Part shown: positions 29,198-39,608 of the stretch, piece by piece
How positions within the stretch are numbered: the first letter of the stretch is position 1
Layout of the letters: every line of letters starts with the position of its first letter
From: Candidatus Brocadiia bacterium
Lineage (GTDB): Bacteria; Planctomycetota; Brocadiia; SM23-32
Length of the DNA: 51,539 bases
Reading direction: 5' to 3'
NCBI GenBank assembly: GCA_046538485.1
Contig: JBKHIT010000033.1
Span: forward strand, 1 to 51,539
Program-made: the position numbers and the translations under genes
The notes under the pieces: model-generated
Database searches by the model: none
What the model saw: only the letters and a program-made list of their open reading frames with translations
What the model was told of the DNA's origin: nothing

Positions 29198-29404
29198 TTT
29201 CCCGGGGATTCCTTTGTGCTTGTGTGCAGAAACAATTCATGTTCCCGATGGAGACACAACTGACCAAAAAACGACTTTTCGGGTAAAGAGACCATTCAAT
29301 ACCAAAAGAGGCTGAAGAGGCGGCCTTATAACACCTGTGGGAGCCTCCGTCAAGTGGTAACCACGTAAGCATTTACCTGACAATCGGTTAAGTGGAATTA
29401 AAGC

Positions 29405-30751
29405 TTACGCCTGAGTCAGCAGAAGCAGGCGTACTGCTGCCGTGACAAAAAGGGCGATTACGAGAAGTTGTACGATTTGTGTCCAACGTATTTTCCGATC
29501 AGCTTTGGAGGAGTCTTCGAGAGCTTGCTTAAGGAATTGGACGCGCCGGGCAATGCTGAAATGTCGCCACGATCCCGACGCCTGAGGCGTGCCACTGACG
29601 GCGGCAAGTTTTTGAAGCCCTGCTATCAGTGCCGAAGGTTCTGAAATAGTTCTGAGACTGAACAGATCTGCTTGCTGCTCCAGTCGTCGTGAGAGAAAAC
29701 CAAAGACAAAGACCCAGTAAAGTGCCGTGAACCCCAATAATATTAGTGTCTGGCCTTCGGAAGGTTCGGCGGCAATTAGGTTTTCGAGCGGTTGAACCAG
29801 TTCAAGGCGTGCGAGCAAATCGACGGCATTGGCATAAAAGCAAACGAATGCCAGTGCGAAGACCAGATAAAAATAGAAATGATGATGTTTAATATGTCCG
29901 ACTTCATGGGCAAATATAGCTTCAATTTCCTCGTCCGAGCAATGGGCAATAAGAGCATCCGTCAGCAAGACATATCGTATCTGAGGTAGCAATCCAACGA
30001 CCGCGGCATTTGGCAGATGGTGGTGGGTATGCCAGATAAGAATATCCCGTGTGCGAAAACCTGCGGCGCGGCAAAAATTATCCAACTTTTTTCTCAAGGG
30101 ACCACGAGGAAGGGATGATGTGTCCCAGATAAGTCGCAATAAAGTGGGACCGAACACTACGATTGCTATGATCAATGCCAGAGAAAAAATAGCCTCAATT
30201 AGGGGGTTACCTTGAACGGGAAGAAATATCGTCGCGATATCGGATACCATAACAAGCAAAAACCATGGCACGAGCAGAATCGCCAGCTCTGTGCGAATCC
30301 GGAGCACAAGGTATCGCCTCAGATCCAGTTTCAAATGGGATCGATTTTGTTCGGCCCTATGTTGGAAACCTGCTACCGTCAGCATCATAACGAGGGCCGG
30401 CAGGAGCAGAAGAACATCTGCGAGTACCGGTATGGGGAAAAGTCTTTCACCGATACTGGAGAAAAGGAGACAGACGAGCGTCGGCCAGTGAAGCCAAAAA
30501 ACACTCAAAAAAACGAAACCGATGACGCCAATGTTGAGCAGTTTAAATATGCGTATGGCTCTCAGGGATCCGCCGGATGTTCTATCATGCAGAAGACGGC
30601 AAGCCGTCCTGGAACCCAACCAGCTGGCCACAAAATTCAGGCCTACCAATCCTATTACCCCTGAAAGACTCCAGTACCAGGCAAAAGGCAGACTGGATCG
30701 AGCCGGGGGGATGTATATGACAAGCAGCGAAATCAGGAAAGTCAGGAGCAT
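29405..30751 (-). CDS. M48-family membrane zinc metalloprotease (Ste24/HtpX-like)
   Basis: Multiple TM helices, PNAAVVG, AHEVGH, SRRLEQQAD. Confidence 0.85.
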   Translation of the reverse strand: MLLTFLISLLVIYIPPARSSLPFAWYWSLSGVIGLVGLNFVASWLGSRTACRLLHDRTSGGSLRAIRIFKLLNIGVIGFVFLSVFWLHWPTLVCLLFSSIGERLFPIPVLADVLLLLPALVMMLTVAGFQHRAEQNRSHLKLDLRRYLVLRIRTELAILLVPWFLLVMVSDIATIFLPVQGNPLIEAIFSLALIIAIVVFGPTLLRLIWDTSSLPRGPLRKKLDNFCRAAGFRTRDILIWHTHHHLPNAAVVGLLPQIRYVLLTDALIAHCSDEEIEAIFAHEVGHIKHHHFYFYLVFALAFVCFYANAVDLLARLELVQPLENLIAAEPSEGQTLILLGFTALYWVFVFGFLSRRLEQQADLFSLRTISEPSALIAGLQKLAAVSGTPQASGSWRHFSIARRVQFLKQALEDSSKADRKIRWTQIVQLLVIALFVTAAVRLLLLTQA

Positions 30752-31009
30752 GAATGGGCTGTCGTTTTAGCGTAGAAAAATGGGAAATCCGCGTGGCGAA
30801 AGTGCGGTTTGCCCGAGCAACTCCCATTGTACGTTTCTGGCGCGCGTTTGCAAAGCGGAGGCTTTCGCCTTTTGAGCTATAGGGGGTGGCTGCCGTATAA
30901 TGTATTTTAAGGATAGAAGCTGGCGAGAATAGCTGAAAACCAAGAAATACGCAAATATTTCTGAAAGCTTCTTGGAACGGAGCCGAAATCTTCAGAGTTA
31001 CAGGAAAAA

Positions 31010-33607
31010 ATGCCAAAGATTGCTTTTAAATTTTTTGTGCCGCTTGCCTTTGCTGTGACTGTGATGTTGCAGGGTAAAGTCCTGGGGGCAGCGTCCACCG
31101 GCGGCGGATCTGTCCGTTCTGGTCACATTTCATCTTCAGAGCGTTCTTCCTCGGAGAGAGGCGGTGTTCCCCGGAATCGAGAAAACGTTTCTGGTACTCG
31201 CGGGAAGTTGCATTCAAGGGCGGGCCGAGAGCTGATCCTTTACGATTTTGAAGAGTCAGTCCAGGGGTGGGGACCGTTCGGGGGTGAGGAAGGCGGAGAG
31301 TCTTCGTCCAATACGAAGCGGTGCGTCCCATCAGAAGACCAGAGTTGCTCCGGTGAATTTGGACTTCGTGTTGATGGATCGCAGCCCGGTACGGTCGGGG
31401 CGGCGGTCAAACTCCCGGCGGGAAAGCGAAACTGGCATGCGTTTACCCATTTCTCCGTGGCGATTTATTTGCCGGAATCGGCACCGAAGAAAATACAGCC
31501 CGTTATCTATGTCAAAGACACAGATCTTTACTATTATCAGCACCTGAGAAAAAATTACCTGCAACGTGGAAGATGGACTTATATTGCTCTGGATATAACC
31601 GCCACCAGTGACGTGTGGGAATACCGTGGTCATTTCAAACCGTGGGACGGATATTGCCGGCAGGATGTCAGGGAGCTGGGGATTAAGTTTGTCGGGCAAC
31701 AACCTTACGAAGGCCCATTCTATATTGACAGGATTAAGCTGCGTCGAAATCCCAGCGCACTGCCTCAAGAGAATGCCATTTACAACCTCCGAGTTAATTC
31801 CAGAAAAATCAAGCAATTTGAGAAATTTGAACTCTCCTTCAACCTCGCCCGCACGTACAGCAATCCTTTTGACCCGCAAGAGGTGAAAGTCTACGGCGAG
31901 TTCAGACACCCCATCGGTCGGGTGGATAGGATGCCGGCGTTTTTCTACCAGGGCTATTTGCGGCGCATGGAAAAGGGAGCGGAAGAGCTGACTCCGATGG
32001 GAAGAAGTCAGTGGAAAATACGTTTTACTCCCATATATCCAGGACGCTATCGCTATTGGGTTATTGTCAAGGACAACTATTCTGGCACTCTTCGTACAGA
32101 AGCCAGGGAATTCGAATGCCTGGAGTCCGACCACCCCGGATTTATCAAAATTAGTTCTAAAGATCCATTTTTCTTCGAGTATACAAACGGAGATTTCTAC
32201 TTTCCCATCGGGCATAATATCGCGGCAGTACACGATGCCCGAGCGCGATCACTTCAGGTTAACATCCCTGCTTCAGAAGGGACATACGCATATGATCGAA
32301 TGCTGTCGAAGATGTCAAAAGCGGGGGAAAACTGGGGGCGAATATGGATGTCCCCCTGGAGCTTCGAGATCGAATGGACAAAAGCTTATAACACCCATTA
32401 TCGTGGACTCGGGCAGTACAATCTGGTCAATGCCTGGCGGCTGGATCACGTCCTGAGAATGGCTGAGGAGAATAACATCTATATTCTTCTCTTATTCACC
32501 GCCCACGGGGAAATCGGCACTTACGAGTCTGATTTTATCGGGCACGATAAGGAGCATGCGCAAGGTAGCCCCTATTGGAGTGGCCGCGACGGTAGCCGCA
32601 TCGACGGGGGGTATGCAGGGGACGATCCTCATCCCGGCTACCACGGTCCCATCGACCATCCACGGCAGATTTATACCAATAAAGAGGCCCTCGAAAAGTA
32701 CAAACAAAGGGCCCGTTATATCGTCGCGCGATGGGGCTATTCGCCTGCGATTATGGCCTGGGAGATTTTGAACGAAGCGGACCTCGCAAAATTCTACCAG
32801 AACGTAAGATTCGGACAGAGGGGAGCGCGTTTTGTCGAGAAAGTCGCTCGCCATATACGAAGGATCGATCAAGGGCGTCACCTTATTACAAGCGGATGCT
32901 TTTATTATCGACAGCCATGGGCAAGCCCGACGCTTCGCCTGGACATCCTCGATTTCAATACCGGTCATGTGTTCAACGGGCAACTGGAGAGGCGTCTCGT
33001 GGCGGATGTCAAATACATGCAGGGAACGTATAACAAAATTTTCCTGCCCACCGAGGCCGGATTGACGCCTTTTGCACAGGATGCGGAGACAACCTCGCTC
33101 GCGATTCATCGGACACTTTGGTGTTCCTATATGACTCCGACAGCGGGAACAGCTGCGCCCTGGTGGTGGGTTCTCATAGACAGGCGTAACCTCTATCCCC
33201 GGTTCGAAGCGCTTTCCAAATACGCGAGAGGCGAAGATCGAAGGGGTAAAGGCTACGAATCCGGGACAGGATGGGTCGAAGATGAGATTGAGGAACGGGA
33301 ACTCAAAATCGTTGTGCTCAATAACGAACAAAAGGGCTTTTGCTGGATATACCAGCCTTCCGCATTCTCAAAATATTCCGTCTGGCAGGCCGCGGCTGCT
33401 GCTCCTGCTACCGCCAGTGTCAGAGGATTGCGTCCCGGTTCTTACAGGATTGAGGTATGGAATACCTACGAAGGGAAAGTGATTCACAAACTGAGCGCGC
33501 GCTCGCAGACGAAACATAATGAAGAGGGCGAAGAAATTCGTTTTCTGCGATTCAAGTTGCCGGCTTTTGCCCGTGATATTGCCTGTAAGATTGAACGGAA
33601 AAATTAA
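31010..33607 (+). CDS. Secreted DUF5060-domain glycoside hydrolase (clan GH-A-like) with N-terminal CBM-like module
   Basis: Signal peptide; LYDFEE..QGW; YSNPFDP.EV.V.GEF, WKIRFTP; RYIVARWGYSPAIMAWEILNE; PTEAG. Confidence 0.75.
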   Translation: MPKIAFKFFVPLAFAVTVMLQGKVLGAASTGGGSVRSGHISSSERSSSERGGVPRNRENVSGTRGKLHSRAGRELILYDFEESVQGWGPFGGEEGGESSSNTKRCVPSEDQSCSGEFGLRVDGSQPGTVGAAVKLPAGKRNWHAFTHFSVAIYLPESAPKKIQPVIYVKDTDLYYYQHLRKNYLQRGRWTYIALDITATSDVWEYRGHFKPWDGYCRQDVRELGIKFVGQQPYEGPFYIDRIKLRRNPSALPQENAIYNLRVNSRKIKQFEKFELSFNLARTYSNPFDPQEVKVYGEFRHPIGRVDRMPAFFYQGYLRRMEKGAEELTPMGRSQWKIRFTPIYPGRYRYWVIVKDNYSGTLRTEAREFECLESDHPGFIKISSKDPFFFEYTNGDFYFPIGHNIAAVHDARARSLQVNIPASEGTYAYDRMLSKMSKAGENWGRIWMSPWSFEIEWTKAYNTHYRGLGQYNLVNAWRLDHVLRMAEENNIYILLLFTAHGEIGTYESDFIGHDKEHAQGSPYWSGRDGSRIDGGYAGDDPHPGYHGPIDHPRQIYTNKEALEKYKQRARYIVARWGYSPAIMAWEILNEADLAKFYQNVRFGQRGARFVEKVARHIRRIDQGRHLITSGCFYYRQPWASPTLRLDILDFNTGHVFNGQLERRLVADVKYMQGTYNKIFLPTEAGLTPFAQDAETTSLAIHRTLWCSYMTPTAGTAAPWWWVLIDRRNLYPRFEALSKYARGEDRRGKGYESGTGWVEDEIEERELKIVVLNNEQKGFCWIYQPSAFSKYSVWQAAAAAPATASVRGLRPGSYRIEVWNTYEGKVIHKLSARSQTKHNEEGEEIRFLRFKLPAFARDIACKIERKN

Positions 33608-33928
33608 GTCCAATGGTTGGCACGACGTGTTATTGGAGGGACAGGAGGCAGGATCCGGGCACAGTTCACGAGGCGATGAGGGCGCGGTTCAGGAGAATGC
33701 GGGGCAAAAGCTGGGAGGAAAGGATCACGCGGAAGCTTTTAAAATACTGCGAAATTTGAAAGGCCTATTCCAGCAATTGCGCCTGAGCGGTATGAACAAT
33801 TATGAGGACTCACAAGCGTCGCAAACCGTACTGAACCAGATTCAATTGAGTCCAGCACTTATAAGCTCGGAATCCCTGCGTCGAGTCATCATAAATGCGG
33901 TACGGTGAGGGATGGTAAACTAACCCGG

Positions 33929-34981
33929 CTACTGGTTCTCTTCTCGTTGGCGGCGCCAGTTCTCGATCTCTTCCTCAAATCGTTCCTGAAGTTCCTGCTT
34001 GCGGGTTCGACGGCTGGGCTCGCGTTTTTCTTTTTTCACCTGACGGCTCGGCCGGTCGACGTCTGTGCGGCGGGGCTCGGTTTCGCGCTCAATGCTCTCA
34101 AGGATGCCCAGGTAGCTGTCATAGCGAAGTTGCGGGATCTCCCCTTCTTCCACCGCTTTCTGAACCGCACAATCGGGTTCATGGACATGCGAACAGTCAG
34201 GCATTCGGCAACCCGGAGCGCGCTCCCAGATCTCGGGATAGAATTGCTGTACCTCGTATTTTTCGATGTCCCAGGGATCCAGTTCGCGGACCCCGGGTGT
34301 ATCGGCGACGTATCCTCCGATATCCAGTTTTATCAAGCGTATACTGGAAGTGCAATGGGTTCCTTTCCACCCGATCGGGGCTGTTTTAAGGTTGAGACCC
34401 GGCTGGATCTTGTTGATGAGCGACGATTTTCCGACCCCGCTGTGTCCTGCAAGAACTGTGCTTTTGTCGCGAAAAAGATCTTTCAATTGTTCAATTCCTT
34501 CGCCGGTTTCCGCGCTGGTACAGACGACTTCGTAGTCGAGATCCCGATAAATCTGCACGATGTTCAGGTATTCAGAGGAATTTTCGGCAAGATCGATTTT
34601 GTTGATACAGATAAGCGGGGTAAGGTCGCCGTAGAGGGCCGCTATTACGTAGCGATCGATGATGCCGACGCTGAGATCGGGTTCCCGGACGGAACTGACG
34701 ATGAGGAGCTGGTCGACGTTTGCGATGATTACATGCCGGGTGCGCGGATCGCTGGGATGGGTGCGGCAGAGGCGCGTCTCCCTGTCAAAACGTTCTAATA
34801 CTACACCTTCATTCTGCCCGGTTTTTTCGATACGCACGCGATCGCCCACTACCAGCGGGCTCCTCTCCTCTATATCGCTCTCCTTCAGGCGTCCGCGGGC
34901 GGCACATTCATAGAGTCCTTCTTGGGTATCGACAGTGCAACTGATGGAGGAGACTTCGAGAACTGTGCCTTCCAGTGCCAT
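33929..34981 (-). CDS. rsgA: Ribosome small subunit-dependent GTPase A
   Basis: VVGDRV, ANVDQ, NKIDL, GHSGVGKSSLIN, DTPGVRE, C..PDCSHVHEPDCAV. Confidence 0.95.
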   Translation of the reverse strand: MALEGTVLEVSSISCTVDTQEGLYECAARGRLKESDIEERSPLVVGDRVRIEKTGQNEGVVLERFDRETRLCRTHPSDPRTRHVIIANVDQLLIVSSVREPDLSVGIIDRYVIAALYGDLTPLICINKIDLAENSSEYLNIVQIYRDLDYEVVCTSAETGEGIEQLKDLFRDKSTVLAGHSGVGKSSLINKIQPGLNLKTAPIGWKGTHCTSSIRLIKLDIGGYVADTPGVRELDPWDIEKYEVQQFYPEIWERAPGCRMPDCSHVHEPDCAVQKAVEEGEIPQLRYDSYLGILESIERETEPRRTDVDRPSRQVKKEKREPSRRTRKQELQERFEEEIENWRRQREENQ

Positions 34982-35010
34982 TATATTTTATCTCGCAACA
35001 AGATATGGGA

Positions 35011-36048
35011 CTAAAGTTTTTCTTGTGATGCTGCCAGACGGGAAAAAAGCGAATCGAGGGCAAGCTTTTTGTTCGCATTAAAATCGATTTCTTCCTGAGT
35101 TTTTAAAATCATTTCAGCGCATTCGAGGGCGCGGTCCACCGGGATTTTCTCCGCGGTTTTTCGAAGAACCTCGCGTTTCTCTTCGTTAAAAAGTTCGAGG
35201 TCCGGATTGAGCCCTATAGCGGCGAGATCGCGGTAAAAAACCGCGGCACATTCAAGAATTTCGCGGATGGCGGCACGTTGTTCGGCTGCCGAACGGCTAA
35301 TCTCAGAGCTTTTGTCGAGAATTGCGTCAGCCAGCTGGAAATTTTTCTCCATCGAGAGAGCTGCAAGCGCTTCTACGAGTTTATCGTTGAATTCGGGAAG
35401 TTTGAACTCCTGCAGTCTTCGGGCCTGTCCGGGGCTTCCCCAGGTGCGGTGTGCAAGCCACCGTGCCACCTGCGGAGGGGTTTCTTCCTGCTGAAGTTGC
35501 CTGGCGACATCCTCTGCTGGTAGTCCGGAAAGCCTGACTATCTGACACCGACTGACGATTGTCTCAGGGATGTCGCGGAGGCTGGTGGCGACGAGAATGA
35601 AGTAACTTTCCCCGGGTGGTTCCTCGAGGGTTTTCAAAAAACAGTTAGCAGCCGGGAGAGTAAATCGTTCGACATCTCGAATTACGAAGACACGCACGTC
35701 GGCCGTTACCGGTTTGACGGAGGATTCTTCCTGTATCCCGCGATATTCGGCATTTTTGCCGCCCCGTATGGCGTCGATCGGGACATATTGTTTTCCTTCC
35801 GGTACGCCGACTTCGAAATAATCGGGGTTGTTGCCCGAGTTGAATCGCCGGCAGCTTTCACATTTGCCGCATGATTCAAGAGAGTTTTGCTGACACAGCA
35901 GGGTGGCAGCCAGTTCTCTGGCGAGTTGCAGACGTCCAACACCGCCTGGCCCCACCAGAAGTATAGCGTGAGATACGGTTCCGGTCTTCAGGTGTGCCTG
36001 CAGAAGGGAACGGGCGCGTTCATGGCCCGTCAGGTCGTTCAAACTCAC
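35011..36048 (-). CDS. holB: DNA polymerase III delta' subunit
   Basis: HAILLVGPGGVG, CGKCESC zinc site, ANCFLKTLEEPP, TIVSRCQ. Confidence 0.9.
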   Translation of the reverse strand: MSLNDLTGHERARSLLQAHLKTGTVSHAILLVGPGGVGRLQLARELAATLLCQQNSLESCGKCESCRRFNSGNNPDYFEVGVPEGKQYVPIDAIRGGKNAEYRGIQEESSVKPVTADVRVFVIRDVERFTLPAANCFLKTLEEPPGESYFILVATSLRDIPETIVSRCQIVRLSGLPAEDVARQLQQEETPPQVARWLAHRTWGSPGQARRLQEFKLPEFNDKLVEALAALSMEKNFQLADAILDKSSEISRSAAEQRAAIREILECAAVFYRDLAAIGLNPDLELFNEEKREVLRKTAEKIPVDRALECAEMILKTQEEIDFNANKKLALDSLFSRLAASQEKL

Positions 36049-36061
36049 GCCCTATTCCCCC

Positions 36062-36301
36062 TCAACTTTCGATGATTGCCATCGGGTCGCCGACTCCTAC
36101 GGTATCCCCTTCTTCCGCGAGGATCTTTTTGATTGTTCCGCCCGCAGGCGATGGGACCGTGAAAGCTGCTTTATCGGTAACCATTTCCACGAGATCGGCC
36201 CCTTCTTCTATCTGTTCCCCTTCTGTTACGTACCAGAAAGAAATTTCCGCTTCGTCCGGCGCGTCATCCCCGAGTTCAGGGAGTTTTACTTTCTCTTCCA
36301 T
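36062..36301 (-). CDS. Stand-alone lipoyl-carrier domain protein
   Basis: VKLPELGD, W.V.EGE.I..G..LVEMVTDKA..VPSP.GGT. Confidence 0.88.
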   Translation of the reverse strand: MEEKVKLPELGDDAPDEAEISFWYVTEGEQIEEGADLVEMVTDKAAFTVPSPAGGTIKKILAEEGDTVGVGDPMAIIES

Positions 36302-36323
36302 TGTTTTGACCTTTCAGCAAGTT

Positions 36324-37211
36324 TCAGTCGTCCTGACCAATTTCGTTCACATTGTTTTGGAGTTCAGCCGCCATCCGTCCGGCATTATAGCTACTTCTCA
36401 CAAAAGGTCCACTTGCCACGACCCAAAAACCCATTTCGAGAGCTATCTGACGCAGATTTTCGAACGTTTTGGGCGGGACAAAGTCGACGATGGGATGGTG
36501 TTTTTCTGACGGTGCGAGATACTGCCCCAGGGTCAGAGCCCGGCAGCCGGCATCCCGCAGATCCCGGAAGACCATCTGAAGCTCTTCAATCGTTTCGCCG
36601 AGCCCAAGCATCAATCCACTTTTTGCGGCGAGACCGGCTTTGGCGGCTCGTTCCAGAACGCCGAGAGAGCGACGATAATTCGCCTGAGGACGCGCCTCCG
36701 GATAAAGGCGGGGGACCGTCTCGACGTTGTGGTTATAGACATCGGGTTTTTCGGCGATGACCCTATCAATTGCATCCTGCTGCCCCCGAAAATCGGGGGT
36801 GAGGACTTCTATCGTTGCATCACATCTTTCCCGCACAGCACAGATCGTCCTGGCAAATTGTCCGCTGCCCCCGTCACATAAATCGTCCCGTGTTACACTG
36901 GTCACAACCACATGGTCGAGCCCCAGCTGTTGGCTGGCTTCGGCAACTCGTCGCGGTTCATCCGGATCGACCGAAGAGGTGTTTCCGTGGCGAACGGCGC
37001 AGAATCGGCAGTTTCGAGAACAGATATCTCCGAGGATCATGAATGTTGCGGTGCCGCCTGCGAAACATTCACAGATATTAGGACAGTGAGCTTCCTGGCA
37101 GACAGTTTTGAGCTCAAGTTTTTTGAGAGTATTTCGGACCCGCGCCATATCTTCCTGGGAGGGGAGCCTTTTGTGCAACCAGGGCGGGAATTTGTGCGTT
37201 TTAAGGCTCAT
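36324..37211 (-). CDS. lipA: Lipoyl synthase
   Basis: TVCQEAHCPNICEC, CSRNCRFC, TSVTRDDL, NHNVETV, VRSSY. Confidence 0.96.
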   Translation of the reverse strand: MSLKTHKFPPWLHKRLPSQEDMARVRNTLKKLELKTVCQEAHCPNICECFAGGTATFMILGDICSRNCRFCAVRHGNTSSVDPDEPRRVAEASQQLGLDHVVVTSVTRDDLCDGGSGQFARTICAVRERCDATIEVLTPDFRGQQDAIDRVIAEKPDVYNHNVETVPRLYPEARPQANYRRSLGVLERAAKAGLAAKSGLMLGLGETIEELQMVFRDLRDAGCRALTLGQYLAPSEKHHPIVDFVPPKTFENLRQIALEMGFWVVASGPFVRSSYNAGRMAAELQNNVNEIGQDD

Positions 37212-37900
37212 CGTGCGCCCACCTCATGAGTTTTTGTCTCTACAGACGGAGCAAAGCCAAAATAATCCCGGAAATGTGCCTCTGCCCGGCGGACAACATA
37301 CTCAAAAGAAACGTCCTTATCCGTGAGTTGGGCCATCGAAACCATGGGGATCTCCCGCAGACCGCACGGATTGAGCAGGTCAAAAAAAGACATGTCGGGT
37401 GCGATGTTCAGAGCAATTCCATGGTACGTGCACCAGCGGCGCACCGCGATCCCTATGCTTGCCACTTTCCCGCGAGTAGTCCAGACTCCGGTATGCGGTG
37501 AACTCCCTGTTGCTTGGATATCGAACTCTTCCAGCAGAGCTATAAGCCAGTTTTGCAGATCTTTCAGATAACGATGGAGATCTTTTGATCGATGGTGAAG
37601 ATCGATGATGGGGTATGCTACCAGCTGACCGGGGCCGTGGAAAGTTACCTTGCCACCTCGATTGGTTTGGACAACCTTGACGCCTTTTTCTGACAGGACA
37701 GCGGAAGTGGCTGTTACATCGGACGGGTCCCCCGTACGGCCAATGGTAATGGTGGGTGTATGTTCAAGCAGAAGCAGGAAATTTTCTTTTCCTTCGGATT
37801 CAATGCATCGTTTGAGAAATTCATTTTGTAGCTCAAAAGCCCGCTCGTATTCCATTTGCCGCGGCCCGATAGTCTGCAATGAGTTTGTCTTCGGAATCAT
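37208..37900 (-). CDS. lipB: Octanoyltransferase
   Basis: LLEH.PTITIG, RGGKVTFHGPGQLVAYP, KVASIG, HGIALN, PCG. Confidence 0.94.
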   Translation of the reverse strand: MIPKTNSLQTIGPRQMEYERAFELQNEFLKRCIESEGKENFLLLLEHTPTITIGRTGDPSDVTATSAVLSEKGVKVVQTNRGGKVTFHGPGQLVAYPIIDLHHRSKDLHRYLKDLQNWLIALLEEFDIQATGSSPHTGVWTTRGKVASIGIAVRRWCTYHGIALNIAPDMSFFDLLNPCGLREIPMVSMAQLTDKDVSFEYVVRRAEAHFRDYFGFAPSVETKTHEVGAR

Positions 37901-37901
37901 T

Positions 37902-39311
37902 TCAGCCGCTCCAATGGATCGGAAGACCGATAATTCCTTCGGCCGTTTCTTTGAGTGCTTCGGGCATCGAGGGGTGGGCGTGGATCATTTCGGCCAATTC
38001 GTCGGCGGTCGCTTCCAATTGCATGGCCAGAGCACCCTCCGCAATGAGATTGCTGGCTTCCGAACAGACGATATGGACGCCGAGGATCTCTTTGCTGTCT
38101 GCGTCCGCTACGATTTTAGTAAACCCATCAAGCTCGGCATCGACGTGGGCTTTACCAAGTGCGCGCATCGGGAATTTTTTAGTGATGACATCTAGCCCCT
38201 GTTTTTCGGCGTCTTCCTCGTTCAAGCCGACCGTTCCCACTTCAGGGTGTGTGAACGCGATAGCGGGGACAACACGGTAGTCCACCGTTGCTGAAAGAGT
38301 TCCCGTGGCGTGAGCCGCGGCGACGGTACCTTCGTAGCTTGCAACGTGAGCCAGAAGCGTTCCTCCGTTGACATCACCAATGGCATAAATGTGAGGGACG
38401 GAGGTTTGCAGGTGTTCGTTGACTTTTATAGCGCCTTTTTGGTCCAGTTCTACACCGATCTCTTGCAGGCCGATACCTTCGGCGAACGGACGGCGCCCGA
38501 CGCAGATGAGCGCCTTCTCGGCTTCGACCGTCTTGCCGTTCGAAAGTGTGGCTTTAATGCCCGATTTAGTTGTCTCAATGCCCTCCATCTTCGTGCCAGT
38601 GTAGATATCGGCCCCTCTTTTCTTAAGAAATTTATAGACTTCCCGGGCGCAGTCGGGGTCCATGAGTGACAATATTCTGTCAAGCATCTCGACGATTGTA
38701 ACATCGACACCGAGCGTGGTGAATGCGGCGGAGAATTCACAACCGATGTAGCCGCCACCGACCACGAGCAGGGAATCCGGGAGTTCATCGAGGTGAACGG
38801 CCGTGGAGCTATCAATGATTTTTTCCCCGTCAAATGGGGCTTGAGGTAATTCCACTGGTTGCGAACCAGTGGCCACCATGATCTTTGCAGCCGTAATCTC
38901 GGTTTCTTCGTCGGAACCTGAAATTGCAAGGGTATGGCTATCACTAAAGCTGGCGTCACCCCGGAGAAGTTCGACTCCTTTTGATTGCACGAGTTGTTGG
39001 ACTCCTTGCCGCAGTGTTTCGACTACTCCGTCACGATGTTCGGCTGCACGTGCAAAATCCAATTTCAGATCATTTACTTCCAGCCCAAGTTCCACGGCCC
39101 TTTCAACTTCAAGCATAACGCGCGCGGTATGGATAAGGGCTTTTGTAGGTATACAACCGACATTTCCGCACACGCCTCCGAGGAAATGCTTCTCGATGAG
39201 AGCTACATTCGCCCCCAGTTGCGAGGCACGAATAGCAGCTACGTATCCGGCAGGACCGCCGCCGATAACGACAATATCGAAATCATAGGAGTTTTTCATT
39301 TTGGAACTCAT
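37902..39311 (-). CDS. lpdA: Dihydrolipoamide dehydrogenase
   Basis: GGGPAGYVAA, GGVCGNVGCIPTK, GGGYIG, LAHVA, HAHPSMPE; start at 39311 or 39299. Confidence 0.94.
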   Translation of the reverse strand: MSSKMKNSYDFDIVVIGGGPAGYVAAIRASQLGANVALIEKHFLGGVCGNVGCIPTKALIHTARVMLEVERAVELGLEVNDLKLDFARAAEHRDGVVETLRQGVQQLVQSKGVELLRGDASFSDSHTLAISGSDEETEITAAKIMVATGSQPVELPQAPFDGEKIIDSSTAVHLDELPDSLLVVGGGYIGCEFSAAFTTLGVDVTIVEMLDRILSLMDPDCAREVYKFLKKRGADIYTGTKMEGIETTKSGIKATLSNGKTVEAEKALICVGRRPFAEGIGLQEIGVELDQKGAIKVNEHLQTSVPHIYAIGDVNGGTLLAHVASYEGTVAAAHATGTLSATVDYRVVPAIAFTHPEVGTVGLNEEDAEKQGLDVITKKFPMRALGKAHVDAELDGFTKIVADADSKEILGVHIVCSEASNLIAEGALAMQLEATADELAEMIHAHPSMPEALKETAEGIIGLPIHWSG

Positions 39312-39608
39312 TAGAAAGTAGTTTCCTGACCTGACAAACCAGGGTATGTACCAATAATAGATGCAGGAGAAATCCTTTGCAAGCAATGTGACACGGATTA
39401 CAGCAGGATGGAGAAGGCCCGGTGCACAAGGCCGCTTCTCGGCCCTTTGGTTCCATTCTGAACGGGATTTGGCCAATAAGCGTCTTGGTTCTCCTTTTTT
39501 GGTGGTGTTTTCTTATATTCTCGCTGGCATTGAGTTCGGTGTGACCGTATAATTTGAAACTCGGATAATTTTCCAATCGGAACGCTCCAGGGAGGGGAGA
39601 AACTCCCG

